This document shows, in pieces, positions 22,854 to 34,922 of a stretch of DNA of 64,000 nt. Made by a program: the position numbers and the translations under genes. The notes under the pieces were generated by a model. That model did no database searches and was not told the DNA's origin. It saw only the letters and a program-made list of their open reading frames with translations. The stretch's first letter is position 1, and the number at the start of each line of letters is the position of its first letter. The DNA is taken from the NCBI RefSeq assembly GCF_006345805.1, contig NC_043026.1, positions 12,503,579 to 12,567,578 on the forward strand, in the 5' to 3' direction. Origin of the DNA: Octopus sinensis. Its lineage: Eukaryota.

Positions 22854-22905
22854 CTACTAAAATGATTCCTCTATATCTTATACTGTTGTTTCTCTCTTAT
22901 TTCAG
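22854..22905 (+). promoter_or_regulatory. Putative branch point and 3' splice acceptor (exon begins at 22906)
   Basis: CTACTAAAATGATTCCTCTATATCTTATACTGTTGTTTCTCTCTTATTTCAG; near-identical at 33422-33473. Confidence 0.72.
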
Positions 22906-22975
22906 AATATCAGACAACTGTGACATCAAAGAATTGCTCCCATCAGATTCATTGTCAACAACTGTTATCTTTTAA

Positions 22976-23194
22976 CCCTTTAGCATTTAATCCGGCCATA
23001 TCCGGCCAAAAGTATTCTACCTGTTTTATGTTCAAACTGGCCAGATCTGGTCTCTCACACCAACCCTACAATATCGTTTTAAAAATTAACAGCTACCTCA
23101 TCAAAATCTCAGCTACAAGATAATACATTATTAGTTCAAAACAATGTGGATAAAAAAGGATTAATTTTGGTAGAATAATGTGAACACTAAAGGA
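22976..23194. mobile_element. Second piggyBac-like MITE family
   Basis: TTAA|CCCTTTAG...CTAAAGGA|TTAA; empty TTAA site in the paralogous leader at 1734-1737; inverted copy at 36142-36351. Confidence 0.88.
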
Positions 23195-23554
23195 TTAAAG
23201 ACTAAAGAAAAACGTTGTATGCAACAAATATATAACTCTGTGGTAAACTACTGTGAAATATTTCTTGTGAATGGAAATTAATGGCAGCATTTCTCTACTG
23301 TGTAGTCTGCAGTATGTACAAGATGAATTTGCCTTCAGTAATTAAATTTGGATGAAGATTCAAATATGTTTGTGGCATCTTCAGATATTGATGAAAATCA
23401 GAGTTGATGGGAAAATAGCTGTAAAACATTTAAAAGAAATAAAAGATAAAAAGTGAAACAAGAAAATAAACCGTATATTGTTCTGAGAGAAGAAAACTAT
23501 TGAAGCAATGGATAATGTTACAGAGTTAAAGGATTGATTTATTATTTTGCTGAG

Positions 23555-25354
23555 ATGCAGAAAGTGACTGAAAAATCCTCATACCATTGTGGTATCTGTA
23601 AAAAATCATTTTCTCTGGAAAGTAGGCTCATTAAACACAAATGTATTGATAGAGGTGAGAAACCATATCCCTGTGATATTTGTGGTAAATCATTCTCTCA
23701 AAAAATTAGGTTACATAATCATAAACAAGTTCACATAGGAGGTAAACCATACTGTTGTGATATCTGTGGTAAATCATTCTCTCGAAGCTGTAGTTTGACT
23801 ATTCACATACGTATTCACACAGGAGAAAGACCATATGATTGTGATGTCTGTAGTAAATCATTCTCTCACTTAACCGCTTTACGTATTCACAAACGCATTC
23901 ATACAGGAGAGAAACCATATCACTGTGATATCTGTGGTGAATCATTCTCTAGAAATGATGGTCTCACTGGACATAAATGCATTCATACAGGAGAGAAGCC
24001 ATATCAGTGTGATATCTGTGGTATATCACTGTCAAAAAGTAGTAGTCTCACTAGGCATAAGCGTATTCATACAGGAGAGAAGCCATATCACTGTGATATC
24101 TGTGGTAAATCTTTCTCTGACTCTGGTCATGTAAATAAGCACAAACGTACTCATACAGGAGAGAAGCCATATCAGTGTGATATCTGTGGTAAAACATTTT
24201 CTGAATCTGGTAATGTAACCCAACACAAACGTACTCATGCACCAGAGAAGCCATATCAATGTGATATGTGTGATAAATCATTTTGTGAATCTGATGACTT
24301 AAATAAACACAAACGTACTCATACAGGAGAAAAGCCATATCAGTGTGATATCTGCGGTAAATCCTTCTCTAGACGTGATGGTCTCACTAGACATAAACAT
24401 ATTCATACACCAGAGAAGCCATATTACTGTGATATCTGTGGTACATCGTTCTTTAGGAATGATAGTCTCGCTCGACATAAACATATTCATACAGGTGAGA
24501 AGCTATATCACTGTGATATCTGTGGTAAATCATTTTCTGCTTTTGGTCACTTACATGAACACAAACGCATCCATACAGGAGAAAAACCATACCGCTGTGA
24601 TATCTGTGGTAAATCGTTTTCTAGAAGTAGTGCTCTCACTAGACATAAACGTATTCATACGGGAGAGAAGCCATATCAGTGTGATATCTGTGGCCATTCC
24701 TTTACTGAATCTGGTCATTTAAGTCAGCACAAACGTACTCATACAGGAGAAAAACAATATCGGTGTGATATCTGTGGTATATCATTTTCTGAATCTAGTC
24801 ACTTAAATAAACACAAACGTACGCATATAGGAGAAAAACAATATCGGTGTGATATCTGTGGTAAATCATTGTCTACAAATAGTGTTCTTACTAGACATAA
24901 ACGTATTCATACAGGAGAGAAGCCATATCGCTGTGATATCTGTGGTAAATCATTTACTAGAGAAAATGGTCTCACTACTCATAAACGTATTCATACAGGA
25001 GAGAAGCCATATCAGTGTGATATCTGTGGTAAATCATTCTCTGAATCTGGTCATGTAAATCTACATAAGCGTACTCATACAGGAGAAAAACCATATCAGT
25101 GTGGTATCTGCGGTAAATCATTCTCTAGACGTGATGGTCTCACTAGACATAAACATATTCATACACCAGAGAAGCCATATCAATGTGATATCTGCGGTAA
25201 ATCATTCTCTAGCAATGGTGGTCTCACTACACATAAAAGTATTCATAGAGGGGAAAAGCCCCATCACTGTGATATCTGCGGTAAATCATTCTCTAGAACT
25301 GATGGCCTCACTAGACACAAACGTATTCATACAGGTGAGAAACCATATAACTGA
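23555..25354 (+). CDS. C2H2 zinc-finger protein, 20 intact fingers plus a degenerate first finger
   Basis: ORF track 23534 starts at TTG; ATG at 23555 ([10 protein letters not shown]); ends GEKPYN* through an apparent 2-bp deletion. Confidence 0.95.
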   Translation: MQKVTEKSSYHCGICKKSFSLESRLIKHKCIDRGEKPYPCDICGKSFSQKIRLHNHKQVHIGGKPYCCDICGKSFSRSCSLTIHIRIHTGERPYDCDVCSKSFSHLTALRIHKRIHTGEKPYHCDICGESFSRNDGLTGHKCIHTGEKPYQCDICGISLSKSSSLTRHKRIHTGEKPYHCDICGKSFSDSGHVNKHKRTHTGEKPYQCDICGKTFSESGNVTQHKRTHAPEKPYQCDMCDKSFCESDDLNKHKRTHTGEKPYQCDICGKSFSRRDGLTRHKHIHTPEKPYYCDICGTSFFRNDSLARHKHIHTGEKLYHCDICGKSFSAFGHLHEHKRIHTGEKPYRCDICGKSFSRSSALTRHKRIHTGEKPYQCDICGHSFTESGHLSQHKRTHTGEKQYRCDICGISFSESSHLNKHKRTHIGEKQYRCDICGKSLSTNSVLTRHKRIHTGEKPYRCDICGKSFTRENGLTTHKRIHTGEKPYQCDICGKSFSESGHVNLHKRTHTGEKPYQCGICGKSFSRRDGLTRHKHIHTPEKPYQCDICGKSFSSNGGLTTHKSIHRGEKPHHCDICGKSFSRTDGLTRHKRIHTGEKPYN

Positions 25355-25920
25355 TATCTGTGGTAAATCATTCACTGCTTTTGGTCACTTACATCAACAT
25401 GAACATATCTGTACAGGAAAAAAAAAAGCCATATCAGTGTGATATCTGTGGTAAACCATTCTCTTGAAGTAGCAACTTAACTAGACATAAACATTCTCTT
25501 ACAGGAGAGAAGCCATATCACTGTCACATCATCATCATCATCATTGTTTAGTGTCCGCCTTCCATGCTAGCATGGGTTGGACAGTTCGACCGGGAATCTG
25601 GGAAGCCAGGAGGCTGCACCAGGCCCAGTCTGATCTGGCAGTGTTTCTACAGCTGGATGCCCTTCCTAACGCCAACCACTCCATGTGTGTAGTGGGTGCT
25701 TTTTATGTGCCACTGGCACAGGTGCCAGACGAGCGTGGCAAATGGCCACGATCGGATGGTGCTTTTTACGTATCACCGGCACGGAGGCCAGGCATTTGTA
25801 GTAAATCATAAAACAAATGCATTCATAGAGAAGCCATATTAGTGATATCTGTTGTAAAACAAACATTTTACGTGCTCTTAAATGTATTCGGACAAGAGAA
25901 AACTCATAGCATTGTGATCA
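25355..25920 (+). pseudogene. Decayed zinc-finger repeats downstream of the stop, interrupted by a SINE-D (25527-25795)
   Basis: Out-of-frame [19 protein letters not shown] and [20 protein letters not shown]; further GAGAAGCCATAT relics at about 25830. Confidence 0.85.
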
Positions 25921-26245
25921 TCATCATCATTTAGCGTCTGTTCTCCATGCTAGCATGGGTTGGACGGTTCAACTGGGGTCTGTGAAGCTGGAAGGCTTCA
26001 TCAGGCCCAGTCTTATCTGGCAGTGTTTCTACGGCTAGATGCCCTTCCTAACGCCAACCACTCCGTGAGTGTAGTGGGTGGTTTTTACGTGCCAGACGAG
26101 GCTGGCAAACAGCCACGAACGGATGGTGCTTTTACGTGTCACCGGCACGGGGGCCAGGCGAGGCTGGCAACGGACACGAACGGATGGTGCTTTTACGTGC
26201 CACTGGCACGGGGGCCAGACAGAGCTGGCAAACGGCCACGCACAT
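25915..26245 (-). mobile_element. SINE family D
   Basis: (CAT)n start, GATGCCCTTCCTAACGCC, subrepeats. Confidence 0.82.
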
Positions 26246-26254
26246 ACAAGTGTA

Positions 26255-26900
26255 ACGTAAAGGCAGACGAAATGCCGCTAAGCATTCCCCTCAGCGAGCT
26301 AACGATTCTGCCAGCTTACTGCTTTCAAAATATTCTTTTCTACTCTAAGCACAAGGCCCGAAATTTTGGGGGAGGGGGCCAGTCGATTAAATTGGCCCCC
26401 CAGCATCCAAGTGGTACTTAGTTTATCGGCCCCGAAAGGATGAAAGGCAAAGTCGACTTCAGCAGAATTTGAACCCAGAACGTAGCGGCAGACCAAATAC
26501 CTATTTCTTTACTACCCACAAGGGGCTAAACATAGAGAGGACAAACAAGGACAGATAAACCGATTACATCGACCTCAGTGTGTAACTGGTACTTAATTTA
26601 TCAACCCTGAAAGGATGAAAGGCAAAGTCGACCTCGGCGGAATTTGAACTCAGAACGTAGCGGCAGATGAAATACCTATTTCTTTACTATCCACAAGGGG
26701 CTAAACACAGAAAGGACAGACAAATGGATTAAGTCGATTATATCGACCCCAGTACGCAACTGATACTTAATTTATAGACCCCGAATGGATGAAAGGCGAA
26801 GTCGACCTTGGCAGAATTTGAACTTAGAACATAAAGACAGATGTAATACTGCTAAGCATTTTGCCCTGTGTGCTAACGATTCTGCCAGTTCGCTGCCTTA
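26255..26900 (-). mobile_element. SINE-A array (head plus three bodies; the last has an alternative tail) and an extra head fragment
   Basis: Repeated GGATGAAAGGC(A/G)AAGTCGAC at about 26438, 26613 and 26787. Confidence 0.85.
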
Positions 26901-27024
26901 TTAACATCAAAATATTATTGTACCAATTCATTACCTCACACAACCACAAGCCTCTCAAGACCTTTTTTATTTACTGAAGTATTATGTACCCTTGACTTTA
27001 CCTAATCCCTCATCTCATTTTGAA

Positions 27025-27475
27025 ATCTCTATATATATAAAGCTGAAGTTGTCTGTGTATGGCAGGTTTGGTAGCCTTCAACTAACACTATCTCCTCCAA
27101 GACCCTGCGTCGCAAGTTGACCAAAATTGAGAGTATGATAGAAGAAGGCTTACTCTTCATTCCGTAGAAGAAAAAATTCAAATCGAACAATATTAAGACC
27201 AAAAATTATTTACATCAAAAAGGTGCTTTTTTCTATGAAAATCCCTATTTTTTACTATTTATAAAGCTGATGTTGTCTGTGTATGGCAGATTTGGTAGCC
27301 TTCAACCAACACTATCTCCTCTGAGACCCTGCAGTGCAAGTTGACCAAAACTGAGAGTATGATAGAAGAAGGCTTGCTCTTCATTCCATAGAAGAAAAAA
27401 TTCAAATCGGACAATGTTAACACCAAAAATTATTTACATCAAAAAGGTCCTTTTTTTCTATGAAAAATTTTTCCG
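27025..27475 (+). mobile_element. Helitron-like H1 5' region, internally duplicated
   Basis: A|TCTCTATATATATAAAGCTGAAGTTG head; body restarts at about 27258. Confidence 0.75.
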
Positions 27476-27787
27476 CATATTTTCAAAAAAAAAAAATTGT
27501 GGAAAAAGTTTAAAATGAAGGAAATGGAGGTGGTAATTTAGCCAAAAAGTGGGGTTTTGTCGGAAAAAAAAAATTTTTTAAGCGTGTTTTTTTGGTGGGG
27601 ACGGGACGGACGGAAGTCTTGCCTTTATTTGGTTTATACGTCTGTGACCATAAACAATATATTTCAACACGTTTTCACATCACGAATCTTGCAAAACAAA
27701 TACATAAATATAAATTTCAAAAATATTTCCTAGCTAAAACGAAGTGATTAAAACAAAACCATTATAGTGTCGATATTTAGTGCAGTT

Positions 27788-28222
27788 AGTGCGGCGAGCT
27801 GGCAGAAACGTTAGCACGCTGGGCTTAATGCTTAGCAGTATTTCGTCTGCCGTTACGTTCTGAGTTCAAATTCCGCCGAGGTTGACTTTGCCTTTCATCC
27901 TTTCGGGGTCGATTAAATAAGTACCAGTTACGCACTGGGGTCGATATTATCGACTTAATACCTATGTCTGTCCTTGTTTGTCCCCTCTGTGTTTGCCTCT
28001 CTATGTTTAGCCCCTTGTGGGTAATAAAGAAATAGGTATTTCGTCTGCCGTTACATTTTGAGTTCAAATTCCGCCGAGGTCGACTTTGCCTTTCATCCTT
28101 TCGGGGTCGATTAAATAAGTACCAGTTACGCACTGGGGTCGATATTATCGACTTAATCCGTTTGTCTGTCCTTGTTTGTCCCCTCTGTGTTTAGCCCCTT
28201 GTGGGTAGTAAAGAAATAGGTA
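27788..28222 (+). mobile_element. SINE-A head plus two bodies, inserted in the left arm of a long inverted repeat
   Basis: Second body from about 28036. Confidence 0.88.
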
Positions 28223-28434
28223 CTTATTGCAGTTTTTAAACCAAAAAAAAATGACCCCTAGGGTCTGCCCGTTTATTTTGGAATGAACATTATTTCCTGC
28301 TAGGATGGCAGGGGTGAGGGTGATTTTTGTGAAAGTGAGGTAATGTACTGAAAAACCCATTACTTTTTTCCCGTTTTAAAATTAGCTTACAAATCCTGAA
28401 TATCGCATGAATTCAATCATATAAGCGAATCAGA

Positions 28435-28480
28435 GTTGTGGTGCACCTGAGCACTGTATACAATAATTTCATTATTATTA
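28435..28480 (+). mobile_element. CR1-like LINE extreme 3' end with (ATT)n tail
   Basis: GTTGTGGTGCACCTGAGCACTGTATA.AATAATTTCATTATT, as at 59120-59175. Confidence 0.75.
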
Positions 28481-28993
28481 TCTATATATATAAAACTGTA
28501 GTTGTGTGAGTGTCTGTCCCCTTCGATTTACATTCCTAACTACTCCCACATTTTGCGGTGCAGTTTAACCAAATTCGGGTATCTTATAGTCGTGATTCAT
28601 ATCGAGCCCTTCTGGGTATTAGCGCACGTCTACGATGAGTCTACGATTTTAAAAATAATTTAACATCATTTTTTATTCCATTTTAATGCATAATTTTTCG
28701 TGTGTCGATGGCGGCGGAGTTGGCGTCCATGGTCACACCTGCACCTGTTTGCTTCTCCCCCTTCTTCCCACCCTCGTGAAGCTGTGGGGAAGGGAGTGTA
28801 AGGAAATCAACGTCGTAAAGCGTTGTCAAGGAGACCAGCGTTCTTTTAGAACAACGACTTCATGGCTTGAAGACACCAAAACAGAAATGGCTAAGAAAGC
28901 CCGAATTGGCATCTATAAGGGAAGTAACTCTCTAAAAATGCTTATATAGTTATTTCCCTTACAAACCCGAGCAACGCCGGGCGATACTGCTAG
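28481..28993 (+). mobile_element. Helitron-like family H2, full length
   Basis: A|TC start, GAGCAACGCCGGGCGATACTGCTAG|T end, no TSD; sits inside the CR1 (ATT)n tail. Confidence 0.87.
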
Positions 28994-29381
28994 TTATTAT
29001 TATTTTATTTAAGACAAGTAGTATAGAAAGAGGGATAAAAAATTGCGTTCCGATTAGCGGGAGATAACTTAACAGAAACGGATAATTTGAAGGATTGTAA
29101 GCTAATTTTAAAACGGGAAAAAAGTAATGGGTTTTTCAGTACGTTACCTCACTTCACTTTCACAAAAATCACACTCACCCCTGCCATCCTAGCAGAAAAT
29201 AATGTTCATTCCAAAATAAATGGGCAGACCCCCTAGAGGTCCTTTCTTTTGGTTTAAAAACTGCACTATGTATCGACACTATAATGGTTTCGTTTTAATC
29301 ACTTCATTTTAGCTAGAAGATATTTTTGAAATTTATGGGCAGACCCTAGAGGTCCTTTATTTTGGTTTAAAAACTGCACTA

Positions 29382-30060
29382 GTGACATTTTCTGGTTTCT
29401 TGGTGTTCTGTTTCGTTTCGATTTTCGGTGCCGGTTTTTACATGTCACTTGTGAAATGTTCTTTCCGCGAAGAGGTTATTTGCCGAAGACAAAGATTAGA
29501 GGGGATAGGAAAGAGAAATTGTAAATTTATGGAGAAATACAAGTTTTTTACTCAGCAGTGTGAAAGTAAAAACTTAGCGAATGATTGTATAATAGAATTG
29601 TGGAGAGGAAGTGAATCGTGTGCAAGAGTTTGGATAATTTGAAGGCTTTACACTCGTGACATTTTCTAGTTTCGTTTCATTTTTCGGTGCCGGTTTTTAT
29701 ATTTCCCTTGTGAAATGTTCTTTCCGCGAAGAGGTTATTTGCTGAAGAGGGGGATAGGAAAAAGAAATTATAAATTTATGGAGAAATATAAGGGATCTTT
29801 TCGGTTTGACCGGCAGTTTTTTAAAATAATTTCCATGTAATTAAAAAAATTTAAACTTCGTATATTGGTAGAGTGTGTTTATAAAACGGATCTTTTCGGT
29901 TTGACCGGCAGTTTTTTTTTAAATAATTTCTACGTAGCTAAAAAATTTTTAACTTCGTAAACATCTTTTTCTCTTACAAGTTTTTTACCCAGCAGTGTGA
30001 AAGTAAAAACTTAGCGAATCATTGTATAATAGAACTGTGGAGAGAGAGGAAGTGAATCGG
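29382..30060 (+). promoter_or_regulatory. Tandemly duplicated (274-bp period) copy of the first-exon module with the donor deleted; second copy split by M4 ends (29792-29974)
   Basis: AAATTTATGGAGAAATACAAG-TTTTTTACTCAGCAG versus the intact AAATTTATGG.AAATAC.AGTAAGTCCTTTA.TC.GCAG at 5.66 and 17.5 kb. Confidence 0.65.
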
Positions 30061-30089
30061 GTGCAACCCCTTCGGTGACGTTAGTGCGT

Positions 30090-30294
30090 AAGGGGCCCTG
30101 CCGGAAGAAGAAGAAGAAGAAGAAGAATTAGTGAAGTCAGGTTTGGCGAAAGTGTGACCAGCGTGGACCCCTTTGACCTCTGGCAATGGCATTGGAGGAG
30201 CCCAGTGTGGACGTACGAGCTAGAAAGGGAATTTATCGTAGGTCGCATCTTGGATTTCGTCCAGTTGGAATCGATACTGAAGAAGTAGGTGAGT
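30090..30294 (+). promoter_or_regulatory. Putative first exon of the 33.7-kb gene with donor AG|GTGAGT at 30289
   Basis: GC/CpG-rich, CCGGAAG motif at about 30100, consensus donor. Confidence 0.55.
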
Positions 30295-30421
30295 CGCAAT
30301 TTGTTCCTAATATTGGTTTCAAATTTTGGCACAAGGCCAGCAATTTCGGGGAGGGGGCGGGCGGGCGGAATTTTAATTTTTCTTAGTGAAACGCGTGCGG
30401 GTGTACTTTACCTTAATTTTC

Positions 30422-30671
30422 GGTACTACTAGCGAACAGTGGTCCGGGTGCGCGCAGTCGCGCATCCGCGCTAGCTAGTCGTGGCTAGTCGATCCTACAA
30501 CGACTACGTAGCAAAGTAAATAAAACACTAGATAAATCATTTTTTTACCCAAAGTAAATAATTTTTGTTAAACAAAGTAAGTAAAACAAAAAAAACACAA
30601 AGTAAGGTTCGACTAGTCATGACTAGCTAGCGCGAGTGCGCGCACCGGGACCACTGTTCGCTAGTAGTACC
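30422..30671. mobile_element. Mutator-like MITE family M3
   Basis: TIR GGTACTACTAGCGAACAGTGGTCC; perfect 9-bp TSD TTAATTTTC at 30413-30421 and 30672-30680. Confidence 0.92.
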
Positions 30672-31154
30672 TTAATTTTCATATATCACTACTATGCGCC
30701 CAATTTCTGGGTATAATTTGATCCTTTCACCCGCACGATTTTCACTAAGAAAAAAAAAAAAAACACTCGGATTTTTTGCGTGGAATCAATTAACCTGACC
30801 TCCTAATATGCCGACAATCTGTTGTTTTTGTTCGGAAAAAAGGGAATGTGGTGACCGCCTCCCATCCCGAAATCATTGGAAATTATATCGAAGTTATATC
30901 GAAGGAATGCCGATATATTTATTTTAAATCGCATCTTTGTAAAGAGGCAACTGTATTTTCTCTTCCCTACAAATTCCCCACACAAATTAGTTTGTGCACG
31001 AAAGATTTTTGGGGGTTTTTTCCCCCCTAAAACACTGGTATAAAGTAGAAAATATTTAATCAAAGAAAAAAGTGTGTTCTGTTGAGAATTAGTCCATTTG
31101 ACAAAGAGGTAAATAGCACTTTGTTGGTGAATTTTTACCTGTCTCCAGATACAT

Positions 31155-31468
31155 TGAAGCACTCCGTCGGTTACGTGTAAGTGGCTGAGCACTCCACAGA
31201 CACGTGTACCCTTAACGTAGTTCTCGGGGATATTCAGCGTGACACAGAGAGTGACAAGGCCGGCCCCTTCAAATACAGGTACAACAGAAACAGGAAGTAA
31301 GAGTGAGAGAAAGTTGTGGTGAAAGAGTACAGCAGGGATCACCACCATCCCCTGCCGGAGCTGCATGGAGCTTTAGGTGTTTTCGCTCAATAAACACCCA
31401 CAACGCCCGGTCTGGGAATCGAAACCGCGAGTCCGCTGCCCTAACCACTAGGCCATTGCGCCTCCACA
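31155..31468 (-). mobile_element. SINE family C
   Basis: Reverse complement of 39784-40180 with internal deletions. Confidence 0.85.
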
Positions 31469-31558
31469 TTTATATAAAATACACGCTATTATATATACAT
31501 ACATACATATACATACACGCTATTATATATATATATATATATAAATATATATAGAGAG

Positions 31559-31767
31559 AGAGTGGTTGTATACTGTCAACTTAACGTGACAGTCCCGTAA
31601 GGGAACTACACCACCGCTGTTTAGACTTAGTAAGCATCGAACGCTTCCTGTCGGCTTTGACACATTTTCTAGCCGACAGGAAGCGTCGATGCTTCCTAGG
31701 GCTAAACAGCGGTGGTGTAGTTCCCTTACGGGACTGTCACGTTAAGTTGACAGTATACAACCACTCT
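31559..31767. mobile_element. Near-perfect palindromic MITE or hairpin (about 97-bp arms, 14-nt loop)
   Basis: AGAGTGGTTGTATACTGTCAAC...GTTGACAGTATACAACCACTCT. Confidence 0.85.
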
Positions 31768-31917
31768 ATCGCTCCACCACCTCTCATGTCTCTTTGAGAC
31801 ATTTCGAAATTTAATATTTCTGATCTCTCTCTCTCTCTCTCTCTCAATATATATATATATATATAAATATATATAATGATAAATCTCAGAGCGAGTTATA
31901 AACAGTAGCGGTAACAC

Positions 31918-32197
31918 ATCGTGACGCATATTTTCCATTTGAATATGGCTAACCCCTAAGGGTGGATGCTACTGTAGTTTGTAGCCCCAGGAAGATATCT
32001 CCTCTAGCTGGCTATAGACACACTATCTGTGTCCTCTCAGTATTTGTGAAGGGGAGTCATCCTCCCCGTCTTCAACTCATGATACACACGTACCCAAGTT
32101 TCAAGGTGTTTACCTTTCATCAGCGTGGGGCTACAAACTACAGTAGCATCCACCCTTATGGGTTAGCCATATTCAAATGGCAAATATGCGTCACGAT
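31918..32197. mobile_element. MITE with about 70-bp TIRs
   Basis: ATCGTGACGCATATTTTCCATTTGAATATGGCTAACC... inverted at 32128-32197. Confidence 0.82.
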
Positions 32198-32509
32198 ATA
32201 TATATATATATATATATAATCATGTAAAGGGGAAGAAAGACAGATGATTAATTTGACCACCAAAAAAAGGGAGACGTATAGCTTCTATGTTGTATTTACA
32301 ATGAATACCATGATGTAGGTTCTGAAGTAGGACTTGTTTCTTATTTTACTAAGAAATTGAAATCATTCAGATGTAGAATGTATTTAATTTGTGTACATAC
32401 GTTGCATGGCTCAATGGTTAGAGCATCTGGCTACCAATCATAAGGTAGTGAGTTTGATTCCTGAACTGGGCTGTGCATTGTGTTCTTGAGCAAGAAACTT
32501 TATTTAATA

Positions 32510-32870
32510 CTAGCATTAAAGACCCGTCGTTGCCGGGTCATAGTGCTAGTGCATGTATATATATGTGTACATATTACATGTACATCTATATATATATATA
32601 TACATCTACACATAAAATACAAAATACAAAGTTATATCTTGATATCGCTAGTGATAACAATACTCAAAATATATAACACACTGGAATTGATATTGCTATG
32701 GGCTCGCTCTAGGCAAGAAGTTGACCTTTTTTTTTTTTGCCCATGAAACTACAAGGACCCTAAGTAAGGCATGTGTAAAATTTGAATGGAATTGGTTGTG
32801 TAGTTCTCAAGTTTTAGGGAAACACACAGACAGACAGACAGACACACATTCTCAGTTTTATATATAAAGA
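32510..32870 (-). mobile_element. Helitron-like element nested in a family-E SINE
   Basis: Minus strand TCTTTATATAT...GCTAG; the SINE sequence resumes (TTGCTCCAG) at 32871. Confidence 0.78.
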
Positions 32871-32911
32871 TTGCTCCAGTTCAATCAGCTGTAGAAATCA
32901 ATTTGACCACC

Positions 32912-32912
<1 letters not shown>

Positions 32913-33004
<92 letters not shown>

Positions 33005-33054
33005 ATACATATACATATATATATACATATATATATATACATATATATATATAC

Positions 33055-33113
<59 letters not shown>

Positions 33114-33123
33114 CATATATATA

Positions 33124-33154
<31 letters not shown>

Positions 33155-33175
33155 CACATATATATATATATACAC

Positions 33176-33262
<87 letters not shown>

Positions 33263-33287
33263 CATATATATACATATATATATATAT

Positions 33288-33330
<43 letters not shown>
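32913..33330. repeat. (TA)n/(TACA) microsatellite
   Basis: Direct inspection. Confidence 0.97.
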
Positions 33331-33332
<2 letters not shown>

Positions 33333-33421
33333 GATACAGGCTTTAAACTATGGTGTGTGATGTAATTATAATAACAAATTGAAAAGTAAAGTTCAGTTGT
33401 TCAGGTAAAGGAATACCTTTG

Positions 33422-33473
33422 CTACTAAAATGATTCCTCTATGTCTTATACTGTTGTTTCTCTCTTATTTCAG
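33422..33473 (+). promoter_or_regulatory. Putative 3' splice acceptor (exon begins at 33474)
   Basis: CTACTAAAATGATTCCTCTATGTCTTATACTGTTGTTTCTCTCTTATTTCAG. Confidence 0.72.
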
Positions 33474-33679
33474 AATGCCAGACAAATATGTTTGTGACAT
33501 CTTCAGATATTGATGAAAATCAGAGTTGATGGGAAAATAGTTGTAAAACGGTTGAAAGAAATAATTGATAAGAAGTGAAACAGAAAAATAAACCGTATAT
33601 TGTCCTGAGAGAAGAAAACTATTGAATCAATGGATAATGTTACAGACTTAAAGGATTGATTTATTATTTTGTTGAAGAG

Positions 33680-34879
33680 ATGCAAAACGAAACTGAAAAA
33701 TCCTCATACCATTGTGGTATCTGTCAAAAATCTTTTTCTCTGGAAAGTAACCTCATCAAACACAAATGTATTAAGAGAGGTGAGAAAACATATCCCTGTG
33801 ACATCTGTGGTAAATCATTCACTGCTAATCACAAGTTAACGAGACACATCCGTACTCATACAGGACAAAAACCATATCCTTGCGATGTCTGTAGCAGATC
33901 ATTCTCAGAGTTAACTGCTTTGCTTATTCACAAACGCATTCATACAGGGGAAAAACCATATCACTGTGACATCTGTGCCGAATCTTTCTCTAGAAACGAT
34001 GGTCTCATTAGACATAAATGCGTTCACACAAAAGAGAAGCCATACCAGTGTGATACCTGTGGTAAATCATTCACTGATACTAGCAACCTAACCAGACATA
34101 TCTTTATTCATACGGGAGAGAAACCATATCACTGTGACATTTGTGGTAAATCATTCTCTAGAAATAGTGATCTCACCAGACATATACGTATTCATACAGG
34201 AGAGAAGCCATATAACTGTGATGTCTGTGGTAAATCGTTCTCTGTGTCTGGACACTTAATCAAACACAAACGTATTCATACCGGAGAAAAAGCATATCAG
34301 TGTGATGTCTGTGGTAAATCATTCTACGAATCTGAATACTTGACTAAACACAAACGTACTCATACCGGAGAAAAACCATACCACTGTAATATCTGTGGTA
34401 AATCATTCTCTAGGAATGGTATATTAGCTACACACAGATGTATTCATCCAGGAGAGAATCTTTGTAAATGTGATATCTGTGGTAAATCTTTCACCGATAC
34501 TCGCAACTTAACCAGACACATCCGTATTCATACAGGAGAAAAACCATATCAGTGTGATATCTGTGATAAATCATTTGCTAGAAATGATGGTCTTATTCAT
34601 CATAAACGTATTCATGCAGGAGAGAAGCCGTATCACTGCGACATCTGTGGCAAATCTTTCTCTGAATCTGGTCACTTAACTAAACATAAACGTATTCATA
34701 CAGGAGAAAAACCATATCGCTGTGATATCTGTGGTAAATCTTTCCCTGGTACGTATGACTTAACTCAACACAAACGTATTCATACAGGAGAAAAGCCATA
34801 TCACTGTGATATCTGTGGTAAATCATTCTCGCAATCTGCCCACTTAACTAAACACAAACGTACTCATACAGGTGATTAA
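33680..34879 (+). CDS. C2H2 zinc-finger protein, 13 intact fingers plus a degenerate first finger; paralog of the 23.5-kb gene
   Basis: ATG at 33680 ([17 protein letters not shown]); shared leader and N-terminal fingers (LTAL..H; ESFSRNDGL). Confidence 0.95.
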   Translation: MQNETEKSSYHCGICQKSFSLESNLIKHKCIKRGEKTYPCDICGKSFTANHKLTRHIRTHTGQKPYPCDVCSRSFSELTALLIHKRIHTGEKPYHCDICAESFSRNDGLIRHKCVHTKEKPYQCDTCGKSFTDTSNLTRHIFIHTGEKPYHCDICGKSFSRNSDLTRHIRIHTGEKPYNCDVCGKSFSVSGHLIKHKRIHTGEKAYQCDVCGKSFYESEYLTKHKRTHTGEKPYHCNICGKSFSRNGILATHRCIHPGENLCKCDICGKSFTDTRNLTRHIRIHTGEKPYQCDICDKSFARNDGLIHHKRIHAGEKPYHCDICGKSFSESGHLTKHKRIHTGEKPYRCDICGKSFPGTYDLTQHKRIHTGEKPYHCDICGKSFSQSAHLTKHKRTHTGD

Positions 34880-34922
34880 CCTTATCACTGTGGTGAATAT
34901 TTTTCTGAAAATACTCATTTAA

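Larger units (their letters stand above)
27710..29336. repeat. Long inverted repeat or foldback element (arms about 245 bp)
   Basis: 27710-27786 plus 28228-28400 is the reverse complement of about 29090-29336. Confidence 0.8.

Noticed and set aside
34877-34879. Stop-codon read-through by A-to-I editing to restore the dead fingers
   Set aside because: TAA would need double editing, and the downstream finger lacks a Cys pair and is split by a MITE; no evidence in DNA.
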